DNA of 61,026 bases from Candidatus Magasanikiibacteriota bacterium (GCA_041666745.1 JBAYGI010000002.1:102291-163316), one strand, 5' to 3'. Shown: positions 36,319-45,465, counted from the first letter of the stretch. The notes: generated from the letters alone by a model not told the origin. Program-made: numbers and translations.

Positions 36319-36999
36319 ATGAAGAACAAAAAAGCGGCGGCCAAAAAATCTACACTTCCTGCGGCTCAGCGTTTTATAAACATATCTGAAATAAAACAGG
36401 ATTCTTTGGTTTTGAAAGATGGAACTTTGCGCGCGATTTTAATGGTGTCGAGTATTAATTTTGCTTTAAAAAATGAGGACGAACAAAATGCTACTATTTC
36501 CGCGTATGTTAGTTTTTTAAATTCTTTGGACCATCCTTTGCAAGTGGTGATTCAATCGCGTGAATTGTATATCCAGCCTTATTTGCAAGATTTAATAAAG
36601 CGTGAACATGAACAGACAAACGAGTTATTGCGCGCTCAAATTGCGGATTATCGTTCATTCGTGACGGAGCTGGTGGAAATGGGGGAGATTATGAGTAAAA
36701 ATTTTTATGTAGTGGTGCCATATGATCCATTGTCCAACAAGCAAAAAAGTTTTTGGTCACGTTTGAGCGAAGTTTTCAATCCGGTAATCACGGTAAAATT
36801 AAAAGCGGAACGTTTCGCCAAACGTAAATATGATTTGGATCAGCGGGTGCGTCAGGTGGAATCCGGTCTGCGAAGTATCGGGTTGGAAGTTGTGCGTTTG
36901 GATACACAATCATTGGTGGAGGTATTATATTCGACTTATAATCCGGATATCGCTCTCACCGAGCGTTTGACACCGCTTAACGAAATGAAATTAGAATAA
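36319..36999 (+). CDS. VirB4 N-terminal-domain-like protein (separate ORF)
   Basis: ISEIKQDSLVLKDGTLRAILMVSSINFALKNEDEQ resembles the N-terminus of Gram-positive VirB4/TrsE/PrgJ proteins. Start trimmed to ATG 36319 because the upstream part of the listed ORF is the repeat. Confidence 0.5.
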   Translation: MKNKKAAAKKSTLPAAQRFINISEIKQDSLVLKDGTLRAILMVSSINFALKNEDEQNATISAYVSFLNSLDHPLQVVIQSRELYIQPYLQDLIKREHEQTNELLRAQIADYRSFVTELVEMGEIMSKNFYVVVPYDPLSNKQKSFWSRLSEVFNPVITVKLKAERFAKRKYDLDQRVRQVESGLRSIGLEVVRLDTQSLVEVLYSTYNPDIALTERLTPLNEMKLE

Positions 37000-37000
37000 T

Positions 37001-38869
37001 ATGGCTTTTAAACCACAATTTGGACAAAATAATGCAACTGATATTTCTTTGCTTGGAAAAGAAACCAGCCAGTTGGAAAAGGAAGCGGCGATTTCGGCTA
37101 TTACACTGGAAGAAGAGCGGGTTTATCGCGAGGGTGTAGTGTCGTTAAAAGATATTATTGCTCCGGCTTCTTTAAATGTTGAATCAAGTTTTATTCAACT
37201 GGGTACCACTTTTGCGCGCACGATTTTTATCATGAATTATCCGCGTTATATTTCTATTGGATGGAGTTCGCCGGTTATAAACATGTCTATCAACATGGAT
37301 ATCTCGATGTTTTTTTATCCGGTAAAGGCGGCGATTATTTTGAAACAATTAAAAAATAAAGTGGGCGCGCTCGAAGCTCAGATCAATGCCGATTCTGAAA
37401 AAGGCTCGCCACGTGATCCGATTCGTGAAACCGCTTTGCGCGATGTAGAGGAGTTGCGTGACAATCTTACTCAGGGTACGGAGCATTTTTTCCAATTTTC
37501 TTTTTATGTTACGATTTATACAAAAAATAAAGAAAAACTGGATCAACTTTCCGAGGATATCGAAAGTATTTTTGGCAGTAAATTAATTTTATCTCGCAAA
37601 GTTTTGTATCAAGCGGAACAAGGTTTTAACTCTACGATGCCTTTGTGCAATGATGAATTGATGATTGCCTACAACATGAATTCATCACCGATTGCCGCGT
37701 CGTTTCCTTTTATTTCGGCCGAGCTTACTTCCGACAATGGAATTTTGTATGGCGTTAATCGTCATAACAATAGTTTGATTTTGTTTGATCGTTTCTCCAT
37801 GCAAAATGCCAACATGGTAGTGTTTGCGACTTCCGGTGCCGGTAAAAGTTATGCTATCAAATTGGAAATTTTGCGATCCTTGATGATGGGTGTGGATATT
37901 ATCGTGATTGATCCGGAAATGGAATACAAACATTTGTCTGATGCGGTTGGGGGAACTTACATCAACATTTCTTTGTCTTCAGAAAGTAAAGTTAATCCGT
38001 TTGATCTACCCCGTCCAATGGGACAGGAAGTAGCTGTAGATGATATTATTCGCAGTGCGGTTATTACCGTGAAAGGTTTGTTGCGTATTATGCTTGGGGG
38101 AATTACTACGGAGCAGGATTCGATTATTGATCGAGCTTTGATTGAAACTTATGCCAAAAAAGATATTACTCCGGATGCCGATTTGCTTACCGTTCAGCCC
38201 CCGATTATGCAAGATTTGCAAGAAGTTTTGGAAGGTATGGAAGGTTCCAATGATTTGGTATTAAAATTACAAAAATATACCGAAGGTACGTTTAGTGGAT
38301 TATTCAATTCGCCGACCAATGTAGAAATGAAAAATCAACTGGTGGTATATAGTGTGCGTGATTTGGAAGATGAATTGCGTCCACTCGCGATTTACGCCAT
38401 TATCAATTATATTTGGAACGTAGTACGCAGTGAACGCAAAAAACGTATTTTGATTATTGATGAGGCGTGGTGGTTGATGCAACACGAAGATAGTGCGCGT
38501 TTTATTTTTGCTCTGATCAAACGCTGTCGTAAATATTTCTTGGGCGTCACCACTATTACTCAGGATGTAAATGATTTTTTACATTCTCAATACGGACAGG
38601 CGATAGTGAACAACTCAGCCTTGCAGTTGTTATTGCGTCAATCGCCGGCGGCGGTAGAAAATATACAAAAAGTTTTCATGTTGACTGACAGTGAAAAATA
38701 TTTATTGTTGGAAAGTGGTCCGGGTGAAGGGATATTTTTTGCCGGATTAAAACACGCGGCCATCAAAGTAGTGGCCTCATATACCGAAGATCAGTTGGTC
38801 ACTACCAACCCACAACAATTGCTCGACATTGAGCGAGCCAAAGAAGAATTCGAAAAACAAACAAAATAA
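37001..38869 (+). CDS. virB4: VirB4-family type IV secretion ATPase
   Basis: IAPASLNVESSFIQLGTTFARTIFIMNYPRYISIGW, Walker A FATSGAGKSY, Walker B RILIIDEAWWLM. Confidence 0.85.
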   Translation: MAFKPQFGQNNATDISLLGKETSQLEKEAAISAITLEEERVYREGVVSLKDIIAPASLNVESSFIQLGTTFARTIFIMNYPRYISIGWSSPVINMSINMDISMFFYPVKAAIILKQLKNKVGALEAQINADSEKGSPRDPIRETALRDVEELRDNLTQGTEHFFQFSFYVTIYTKNKEKLDQLSEDIESIFGSKLILSRKVLYQAEQGFNSTMPLCNDELMIAYNMNSSPIAASFPFISAELTSDNGILYGVNRHNNSLILFDRFSMQNANMVVFATSGAGKSYAIKLEILRSLMMGVDIIVIDPEMEYKHLSDAVGGTYINISLSSESKVNPFDLPRPMGQEVAVDDIIRSAVITVKGLLRIMLGGITTEQDSIIDRALIETYAKKDITPDADLLTVQPPIMQDLQEVLEGMEGSNDLVLKLQKYTEGTFSGLFNSPTNVEMKNQLVVYSVRDLEDELRPLAIYAIINYIWNVVRSERKKRILIIDEAWWLMQHEDSARFIFALIKRCRKYFLGVTTITQDVNDFLHSQYGQAIVNNSALQLLLRQSPAAVENIQKVFMLTDSEKYLLLESGPGEGIFFAGLKHAAIKVVASYTEDQLVTTNPQQLLDIERAKEEFEKQTK

Positions 38870-38884
38870 TTTTAATATTTTTTT

Positions 38885-39490
38885 ATGCTTTCATTGCGCG
38901 CTAGAATTTTTATCATTATCAGCTTAATAGTTTTGGTAATTTTAGGTATCAGTCTTTTTTTGTTGGTGCGAGCAAAAAAGCAAGCGGCGACCACAGCCGG
39001 TCAGCCGGTCGCAGGTGAAAATTTACCGGTAGCCAATGGTTTGCCGGCCGTCGCGCCCACTCCGGTGACCGATGTTTCCGGCAACATAAAAGTAAATCCG
39101 GTTTCTTCAGTGGAAACTCAAAAAAATGCTGCTGAACAAATTGCCAAGATATTTTTTGAACGTTACAATTCTTATTCATCCGAGAGTCAATATCAAAATG
39201 TACGTGATGTGCAGGCATTGGTGTCCAAATCATATTGGACTCAATTAAGCGCAAAATTACCTTCAGTGAAAACTGTTCAAAATACAGTCGCTCCATTTTC
39301 TTCCACCATTACCAAAGCTTATAGTTCAAAATTATCTTCATGGAGTGAACAATCGGCCATAGTGGATTTGCAAGTAAAAATTTTGGAAGAAAGAAATGGT
39401 ATAGTAGGCAATCGTGATCAGCAAGCCACAGTATATTTGGTGAAAGATGGACAAAATTGGTTGGTGGATAAATTTGAATGGGGGAAATAG
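38885..39490 (+). CDS. Bitopic membrane protein with a C-terminal globular domain (possible VirB8-like)
   Basis: One N-terminal TM helix, a Pro/Ala linker and a ~130-aa domain ending LVKDGQNWLVDKFEW. The call rests only on position and topology. Confidence 0.3.
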   Translation: MLSLRARIFIIISLIVLVILGISLFLLVRAKKQAATTAGQPVAGENLPVANGLPAVAPTPVTDVSGNIKVNPVSSVETQKNAAEQIAKIFFERYNSYSSESQYQNVRDVQALVSKSYWTQLSAKLPSVKTVQNTVAPFSSTITKAYSSKLSSWSEQSAIVDLQVKILEERNGIVGNRDQQATVYLVKDGQNWLVDKFEWGK

Positions 39491-39493
39491 TCT

Positions 39494-40219
39494 ATGAATT
39501 TATGGAGGGGATTGGTTCAAGTATCCAAGGATTATTTATTTCCGATATTTTGTTTGGAATGTAAAGTTGAAGGGCAATGGTGGTGTGAAAATTGTTTAAA
39601 AAAATATACTGTGATGGGAGTATATTATTGTCCGATTTGTCATGTTTCCAATTCCAATGGTCAGCCGTGTGGTCGTTGCAAAGCCGTTTCACTATTAAAT
39701 AGTGTCACGGCTTTTTTAGACTACAATGATGAAGCGGTCATCGGCCAATTAATTCGTCAATTCAAATATAATTTTGCTTTTGATATTGTATCCGTGTGGG
39801 AAAAAATGATTGATTTATTTTTGTTGGATATTATAAAGAAAATGGATATTTCAGCGGAATGTTTTACTATTATTCCGGTGCCACTTCATATCAAAAGAGA
39901 ACGCGAACGTGGTTTTAATCAAGCCAATTTGGTGGCACAATTAATTTTTAAAAAATTGGACACTGAGCGTTTGGTGGGTTTTGATAATAAAAGTTTTCAA
40001 AGAAAAAAATACACCCAACAGCAAGCCAAATTGAATCGCGTTGATCGACTAAACAACCTCAAAGAAGCGTTTGTTTGGTCTGGAAAAGAATCCGCCCCCA
40101 AAAATATTTTGTTGGTAGATGATGTATACACCAGTGGTACTACGATGCAAGAGTGTGCCACAGTATTGAAAAAGTTTGGCACGCAAAAAGTGTATGGTTT
40201 TACTTTGGCGCGTGATTGA
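39494..40219 (+). CDS. comFC: ComF-family phosphoribosyltransferase (ComFC)
   Basis: N-terminal Cys pairs (CLEC...CENC...CPIC...CGRC), ERGFNQA and LLVDDVYTSGTTMQE. Begins 3 nt after the previous stop. Confidence 0.85.
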   Translation: MNLWRGLVQVSKDYLFPIFCLECKVEGQWWCENCLKKYTVMGVYYCPICHVSNSNGQPCGRCKAVSLLNSVTAFLDYNDEAVIGQLIRQFKYNFAFDIVSVWEKMIDLFLLDIIKKMDISAECFTIIPVPLHIKRERERGFNQANLVAQLIFKKLDTERLVGFDNKSFQRKKYTQQQAKLNRVDRLNNLKEAFVWSGKESAPKNILLVDDVYTSGTTMQECATVLKKFGTQKVYGFTLARD

Positions 40220-41777
40220 TGTTTTGCCAGACATTGGCTTGTTTGTCGGAATATACTTTTTTCCAATTACTGGAAGTGTTTAAATCTTTTTCCAATTGAG
40301 TTTGTTCCAAACAAGAAGCTATTATTGCGGATTTTCCAAACATCCAATTATTGACCGCATCCGGTTTGGCGATGGAAATAAAATTTGTTTGTGTCCAAAG
40401 GATGTAGTCAACTCCGTCGTTTTCGATTTCTTTTAATCCGTTAGGTTTGGTCAAGATTTCTCCATAATGTTCCAACATTGTTTTTTGTGTGTCATACATC
40501 CAAGTGGCGGTACCGCGACCATCAAAATAGATAAGAGCGTTTGGCACTGTCCAATTTAAATATCCTCCCCAGTTGAAAGCGTTAAAAATTTTGGTTGGCT
40601 GTTTGACATTTGTTTGCGACCAATTTACCGCCGAGTAAGGAAAAGAATTTTTTTCAGCTAAATATTTATCTTTCCAAACATCGCCGGTAAAATGAAGATT
40701 GTTCAAATAATAAAGTGATAGTAACACCAAAGTTGAAATTGAAAAAAAATAAAAACTTTTTTTAACAAAATTATCGCTTAAAAAATTAATTTTAGATAAT
40801 TCCGTTTGTATCAACTTGATCACAGCCGACAAAACCACGGCGGATAATAACCCCATAAAAATAGCTTGTCGTTTGTAAGCGACGGCGACATAGAAAAACG
40901 CCAAGAAAATCAGTAGGTGAGTGAAGCCGACTTTCTTTTTAACAAAACCATAAACCACAAATACCAGAGCGATAGTTTGGATGACTAAAATTTTCCAAAA
41001 AATCGGAAAAGTATAACTTGGCAACCATTCATTCGTATGCAGTTTATAATAATTTTGACCAAAATATTGAATGATCTCTTGCCAGATTTTTATACCATAA
41101 GGATTGACGGTGATCAAAAGCGCGGCGGTGATTTGAGTCAGAATTATTTTATATATTAAATTGTTAGGTAATTTTTCTTCATTTAGATATGGGAAATATT
41201 TTTTAGGGATAAATTTGACAATCAGCGCGCTCCCCAGATAAATATTTAAAATAATAAAACCCAAAATCCAACTACCATGTAAAGCCGACCACAACCAAAA
41301 CATTGGTGGTATGACATACAGCCACCGCTGATTTTTTTTAGCTTTTTCTATTAGAAAAAAAGTAAGCGCGGTAAACAACGAAGTGAACATCGCCAGACGC
41401 GTCACAAAAATATGAGTGATCGTCCATTGACACAATAAAGTGACGGCCAAAAAAGTCGAAGTGATTTTTTTTAAAAAAGTTTTGCCAATCAATAAAAATG
41501 CCAAAGTAATCGGTATGGCAGTCAGTAAATTTAACCACCAATATCCCAGTTTTGAATAAACCAACCAAAACAACCAGTCGCCACCCCACTCATGATTGGT
41601 CCAGGGTGAGCCGTATTTGGAATAGGTGTAGGTGTCGGTATAGGGGAAAGCGCCGGTATGGAGCTCTTGTCCAAAACGCAGGTGCCAACCTAGATCATTG
41701 TCGAAGCTATTGGAAACTATGGCTAACGGTAGCAAAAAACTGAGAAGTAAAAGTAAATAAAAGATAATTTTTCGCAT
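40200..41777 (-). CDS. Polytopic membrane protein with an extracytoplasmic C-terminal domain (possible GT-C glycosyltransferase)
   Basis: 525 aa with more than 10 hydrophobic helices followed by a ~170-aa soluble tail. Convergent with comFC and overlaps it by 20 nt. Confidence 0.3.
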   Translation of the reverse strand: MRKIIFYLLLLLSFLLPLAIVSNSFDNDLGWHLRFGQELHTGAFPYTDTYTYSKYGSPWTNHEWGGDWLFWLVYSKLGYWWLNLLTAIPITLAFLLIGKTFLKKITSTFLAVTLLCQWTITHIFVTRLAMFTSLFTALTFFLIEKAKKNQRWLYVIPPMFWLWSALHGSWILGFIILNIYLGSALIVKFIPKKYFPYLNEEKLPNNLIYKIILTQITAALLITVNPYGIKIWQEIIQYFGQNYYKLHTNEWLPSYTFPIFWKILVIQTIALVFVVYGFVKKKVGFTHLLIFLAFFYVAVAYKRQAIFMGLLSAVVLSAVIKLIQTELSKINFLSDNFVKKSFYFFSISTLVLLSLYYLNNLHFTGDVWKDKYLAEKNSFPYSAVNWSQTNVKQPTKIFNAFNWGGYLNWTVPNALIYFDGRGTATWMYDTQKTMLEHYGEILTKPNGLKEIENDGVDYILWTQTNFISIAKPDAVNNWMFGKSAIIASCLEQTQLEKDLNTSSNWKKVYSDKQANVWQNINHAPK

Positions 41778-41788
41778 AAAGACGTCTG

Positions 41789-41816
41789 TTGACTATTTTA
41801 ATTTTTCTGCTACAAT
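41789..41816 (+). promoter_or_regulatory. Promoter TTGACT-N16-TACAAT for tRNA-Ser
   Basis: Hexamers lie 23 nt upstream of the mature tRNA 5' end. Confidence 0.55.
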
Positions 41817-41838
41817 TATAACACAATTTTAAAACCTT

Positions 41839-41929
41839 GGAGAGGTGGCTGAGTGGTCTAAAGCGGCACACTGCTAATGTGTTGTACGGCGTTAAAACCG
41901 TACCGTGGGTTCAAATCCCACCCTCTCCG
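41839..41929 (+). tRNA. tRNA-Ser (anticodon GCU)
   Basis: Acceptor stem GGAGAGG/CCTCTCC, anticodon arm GCACA-CTGCTAA-TGTGT, long variable arm and T arm GGGTTCAAATCCC. CCA is not encoded. Confidence 0.9.
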
Positions 41930-41934
41930 CTTTC

Positions 41935-41969
41935 ACCTCGCCATAGCTCCGAAAGGAGCGACGGCGGGT
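41935..41969. repeat. Family D GC-rich hairpin element, copy D1
   Basis: ACCTCGCC-ATAGCTCC-GAAA-GGAGCGAC-GGCGGGT. Confidence 0.6.
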
Positions 41970-42038
41970 CGTTAGTTTTACCACCAACCCAGTTTGCTTC
42001 TTAAGTCTGTGGCGAGGTTTCAGCGAGACAATGTCCGT

Positions 42039-42071
42039 CCTCGCTTCGCCGAAGCTTTAGCGAAGGCGGGT
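42039..42071. repeat. Family D element, copy D2
   Basis: CCTCGCTTCGCCGAAGCTTTAGCGAAGGCGGGT. It is near-identical to the reverse complement of the trmD copy at 60235-60267. Confidence 0.75.
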
Positions 42072-42108
42072 ATGTATGAACAGATCATAATTATTTAAGA
42101 AGGGAATT

Positions 42109-42345
42109 ATGTATTATGTTTATGGTTTAAAATGTAAGGATGGTTTTTATATTGGCTGTACTTCAGATCTAAAAGAAAGATATTCTAGACATCAAAAAGG
42201 TCAAGTGCCAGCTACGACCAAACGTTTGCCAGTAGAACTTGTTGTTTACTTTGCCTTCAAAGACAAGTATTTGGCATTTAATTTTGAAAGATATTTAAAA
42301 TCCGGTTCTGGAAGGGTGTTTATCAAAAAACATCTTAGGATTTGA
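42109..42345 (+). CDS. Stand-alone GIY-YIG nuclease-domain protein
   Basis: YYVYGLKCKDGFYIGCTSDLKERYSRHQKG. Confidence 0.8.
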   Translation: MYYVYGLKCKDGFYIGCTSDLKERYSRHQKGQVPATTKRLPVELVVYFAFKDKYLAFNFERYLKSGSGRVFIKKHLRI

Positions 42346-42464
42346 AATACACCAATATAATATTTAGGAGGTAGGTGTTGGAAATACAATTTTATATTTT
42401 ATTTTTTTTGATTGACTTTTGAACTTAAAAAGCTTATGATTAAATTAAATAATAAAATGTTTTT

Positions 42465-43052
42465 ATGAGAATAAAAAAAATTGAGAATATAAATAAAGGT
42501 AAAAATATCAAAGCAGATCTTTATTCTAGACCAAATGCCATGAATGGAAAATACAAAATCGGTCAACTTGGACTAGACAATTTTGCAACGATTCAAAATG
42601 ATGATATTTTTTTTCTAGAGACGCTGGAGATGAAAGCCAACCTAGCTGACAAAATGATTACAGAAGCTGAATTGCTTGGTAAAAATACGAACGATTTGAA
42701 TGTGATGAAGAATTTGGGGGCAGAAATAAATGCTTTAGCCACACCACTTCATAAAAGTGAGGTGATAATGACCGCGATTTTTGTTGCTCTACGATTATCG
42801 GTGTATTATGGTGTAGCTATGGGTATTTGGTGGTTGGTTTTAGGAAAAAGTTTTTTAGGCCTTGGTTTTTATAGCGTTATAGCGATAGTATTTTTAATTA
42901 GCTTATTTTTTGCTTCACCTCTCATTTTTCAAAGGACAAAAGAATCTTTAAGAGATCAAATAGTCGGTATGGGAGTCATTTGGGTACCTTTGGGTGTTCT
43001 GATTAGTATTATAGGTATAATAGCTTTTGTGTTAAGAGTGATGTTTTTTTAG
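42465..43052 (+). CDS. Hypothetical membrane protein (soluble N-terminal ~100 aa plus 3-4 C-terminal TM helices)
   Basis: Very AT-rich ORF. Hydrophobic helices run from VIMTAIFVALRL to IIGIIAFVLRVMFF. Confidence 0.5.
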   Translation: MRIKKIENINKGKNIKADLYSRPNAMNGKYKIGQLGLDNFATIQNDDIFFLETLEMKANLADKMITEAELLGKNTNDLNVMKNLGAEINALATPLHKSEVIMTAIFVALRLSVYYGVAMGIWWLVLGKSFLGLGFYSVIAIVFLISLFFASPLIFQRTKESLRDQIVGMGVIWVPLGVLISIIGIIAFVLRVMFF

Positions 43053-43058
43053 AAAAAT

Positions 43059-43484
43059 ATGAACGGATATCTGGAGTATGTTATTGAAAATTGTCAGTTC
43101 GCTTTCGATGAGCTTTGTAAAGTAAACAAAGAATTACTTGTTGGAATGGATCCCAAGTCTAACGCCAATGTAAATCATCTGGGTGCGATGAATAGAATGA
43201 TACAGGATTATTTAGTTATCCGTGTCGGTGGATTGTTTGATAGAACTGAGCAAAAAATAAAGGGAGGGATTGATGAAGTAATTTCTTTTGAAAAAATATT
43301 TTCTGGCAACAAGGACTATGAAAGTATTAAGGAGCAAGAGATCATAAAATATATTATTAGGCAAAGGCATAATTTTGTTGCACATAACAATACGAGTTAT
43401 ATCGAAAATAATTTTCCCGTAACATCCAAAATTTGTGATTCTGACTTGAAAAACTTACTTGAAAGATTGAATCAATTATTGTAA
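43059..43484 (+). CDS. Hypothetical protein with a HEPN-like R-x5-H motif
   Basis: RQRHNFVAHNN in the C-terminal third of a predicted all-helical 141-aa protein. Starts 6 nt after the membrane-protein gene. Confidence 0.35.
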   Translation: MNGYLEYVIENCQFAFDELCKVNKELLVGMDPKSNANVNHLGAMNRMIQDYLVIRVGGLFDRTEQKIKGGIDEVISFEKIFSGNKDYESIKEQEIIKYIIRQRHNFVAHNNTSYIENNFPVTSKICDSDLKNLLERLNQLL

Positions 43485-43641
43485 TTTAATTTAAGCGGCA
43501 CATCATTTTTATAGGAACAAAATTTGATTTATGATTATAAAATAGGAGTAGTAAAATATTTAAGTCAGTTTAGCTGGGTATAAGTTTTTGTTTGATTTCT
43601 AATTAATTTGATAATATTTTAAAAGTAACAAAATAAAATTT

Positions 43642-44130
43642 ATGAAAAAAATCATCCAAGTTTTTTCACTTCTTTTAGTGGTTTTAGTCTTAGGTGGGTG
43701 TAACTATAAAATTGTAAAAGATCCAGAATATGTAAAAGTTGGTATGTTATCTGATAGAATGGATTCGGAAATTCGTTTGATAGGTGATTTGGTTAAATCT
43801 GGAGAAAAGATTGCGGTTTATGAGCATAATTTGTACGAAACACTTAACGGAGAAAATTTGTATGATAAAAATGGTGGATGGTTGCTAAAACAAGAGTATT
43901 ATTGCTCAAAAAATATTTCCAGTCAGGTTGAAACTATTTCTAAAAAAACAGGAATAACTCAATATAAAGGGAATTATAACCTTGTTTCTTTGGAAGAATT
44001 TAAAAAATATTTATTACAAAATAATGCTAACTGTGTGCAGGTTCTTGGTTTAGAGCATTCTGGGGTGACAACAAAAGTATTGTCTTTGGGGTTTGAGGCT
44101 GATGATATGGCGATATGGAAAAGTCGCTAA
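43642..44130 (+). CDS. Lipoprotein, function unknown
   Basis: MKKIIQVFSLLLVVLVLGGC gives a signal peptide plus lipobox. Confidence 0.6.
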   Translation: MKKIIQVFSLLLVVLVLGGCNYKIVKDPEYVKVGMLSDRMDSEIRLIGDLVKSGEKIAVYEHNLYETLNGENLYDKNGGWLLKQEYYCSKNISSQVETISKKTGITQYKGNYNLVSLEEFKKYLLQNNANCVQVLGLEHSGVTTKVLSLGFEADDMAIWKSR

Positions 44131-44146
44131 TCATATTTTTTGAACT

Positions 44147-45355
44147 TTACACCACCCGATTATTTCCGCAAATATCCGCGTAGTACTCCGCCGAACTGCG
44201 TGGTTTGCGTTCAAAGGTTTGGTAATCTACTTCATACAATCCAAATTTTGGGTGGAAGCCATGCGCCCATTCGAAATTGTCTATCAGTGACCAGTGGAAA
44301 TATCCTTTTACATCAGCCCCCTCGCCGATTGCTCGATAAACATTTTTTAAAATTTCTCTAATATACCAAGAACGATGTTGATCGCCTCGGTCAGCTAAAC
44401 CGTTTTCGGTGATATAAATCGGTTTGTTATATTTTTTTAAATCATTCAGTAAAAAATACATTCCTTCCGGATGCAGACCCCAGTTCAAATCCGAAGATTT
44501 TTCGTATTGATAATTTTTACTTAAACCGTAATTTATTTCATTGTGAAAATAATAATTCAATCCGACAAAATCTTGACAATCGTTAATTTTATTTAAAAAC
44601 CTGTCATTCCACCACCAATCTGCCACTTTTTTGAGTAGGCGATTGGCAAGGCGATTTTTATACGCTTCGAAATAAGTGTTGTGACTGGCAATTCCAACCT
44701 GATTGTTGGAATCAATTGATTTTAATATTTTATAAGTACTACAGTGGGCATCGATCAAATTGGACAGCACCTGATAATAGACCAACGGATTTTTCTTTTG
44801 TGGTGGCCATTCACCGGTGAGAAAACTCATCCCGGCATAGACTGTCGGCTCATTGAGTGTCATCCAAAAATTTACTTCGGAATTTAAATGCGCGCCAACT
44901 TTTTGGACAAATCTATCAAAATATTTTATTATTTTTTTTGATTGCCAACCACCCAAATCACGCAACCAAATCGGTAATGGCCAATGCCACAGTGTAACAA
45001 ATGGTTCGATATGATGCGCGCGCAGTTTTTTGATAAAGTCCAGATAATAATCCAGAGCGGTTTGGTCAAATTTTCCATTCTCCGGTTCAATACGCGACCA
45101 ATCTACCGAAAAACGATAAGCGTTTAAATTCAGCTCACGCATGCAAGCAATATCCGCATTGTTATTTTCAAAAGAATTAGCCGCTGATCCGGAAATGAAT
45201 TCAAAATGGTTGAGTTGTTTATCTGTTAAATGTTTCAATCGCAAAGTGGATTTTTCCCACTCACTCCAATCGTTGGTTAGTCCACCTTCAATCTGGTGAG
45301 CTGAAGTGGCGCATCCCCAAAAAAATTGTGGTGGAAATTTTAAGTCTGTTTCCAT
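44147..45355 (-). CDS. Glycoside hydrolase family 1 beta-glucosidase
   Basis: Catalytic motifs TLNEP and ITENG, plus a FxWGxATSAHQIEG N-terminus. Confidence 0.9.
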   Translation of the reverse strand: METDLKFPPQFFWGCATSAHQIEGGLTNDWSEWEKSTLRLKHLTDKQLNHFEFISGSAANSFENNNADIACMRELNLNAYRFSVDWSRIEPENGKFDQTALDYYLDFIKKLRAHHIEPFVTLWHWPLPIWLRDLGGWQSKKIIKYFDRFVQKVGAHLNSEVNFWMTLNEPTVYAGMSFLTGEWPPQKKNPLVYYQVLSNLIDAHCSTYKILKSIDSNNQVGIASHNTYFEAYKNRLANRLLKKVADWWWNDRFLNKINDCQDFVGLNYYFHNEINYGLSKNYQYEKSSDLNWGLHPEGMYFLLNDLKKYNKPIYITENGLADRGDQHRSWYIREILKNVYRAIGEGADVKGYFHWSLIDNFEWAHGFHPKFGLYEVDYQTFERKPRSSAEYYADICGNNRVV

Positions 45356-45465
45356 ATTGTATTAGAATAATTAACTATTGGCATTTTAGCAGAAAGGGCG
45401 CAAAACGACAACCCACTTTTTATTTTTTGCATATTACTGTATAATAAATAACAGATTATAATATT

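Noticed and set aside
44140-44361. ORF 44140-44361 (+)
   Set aside because: It is antisense to the C-terminal end of the well-supported GH1 beta-glucosidase gene.
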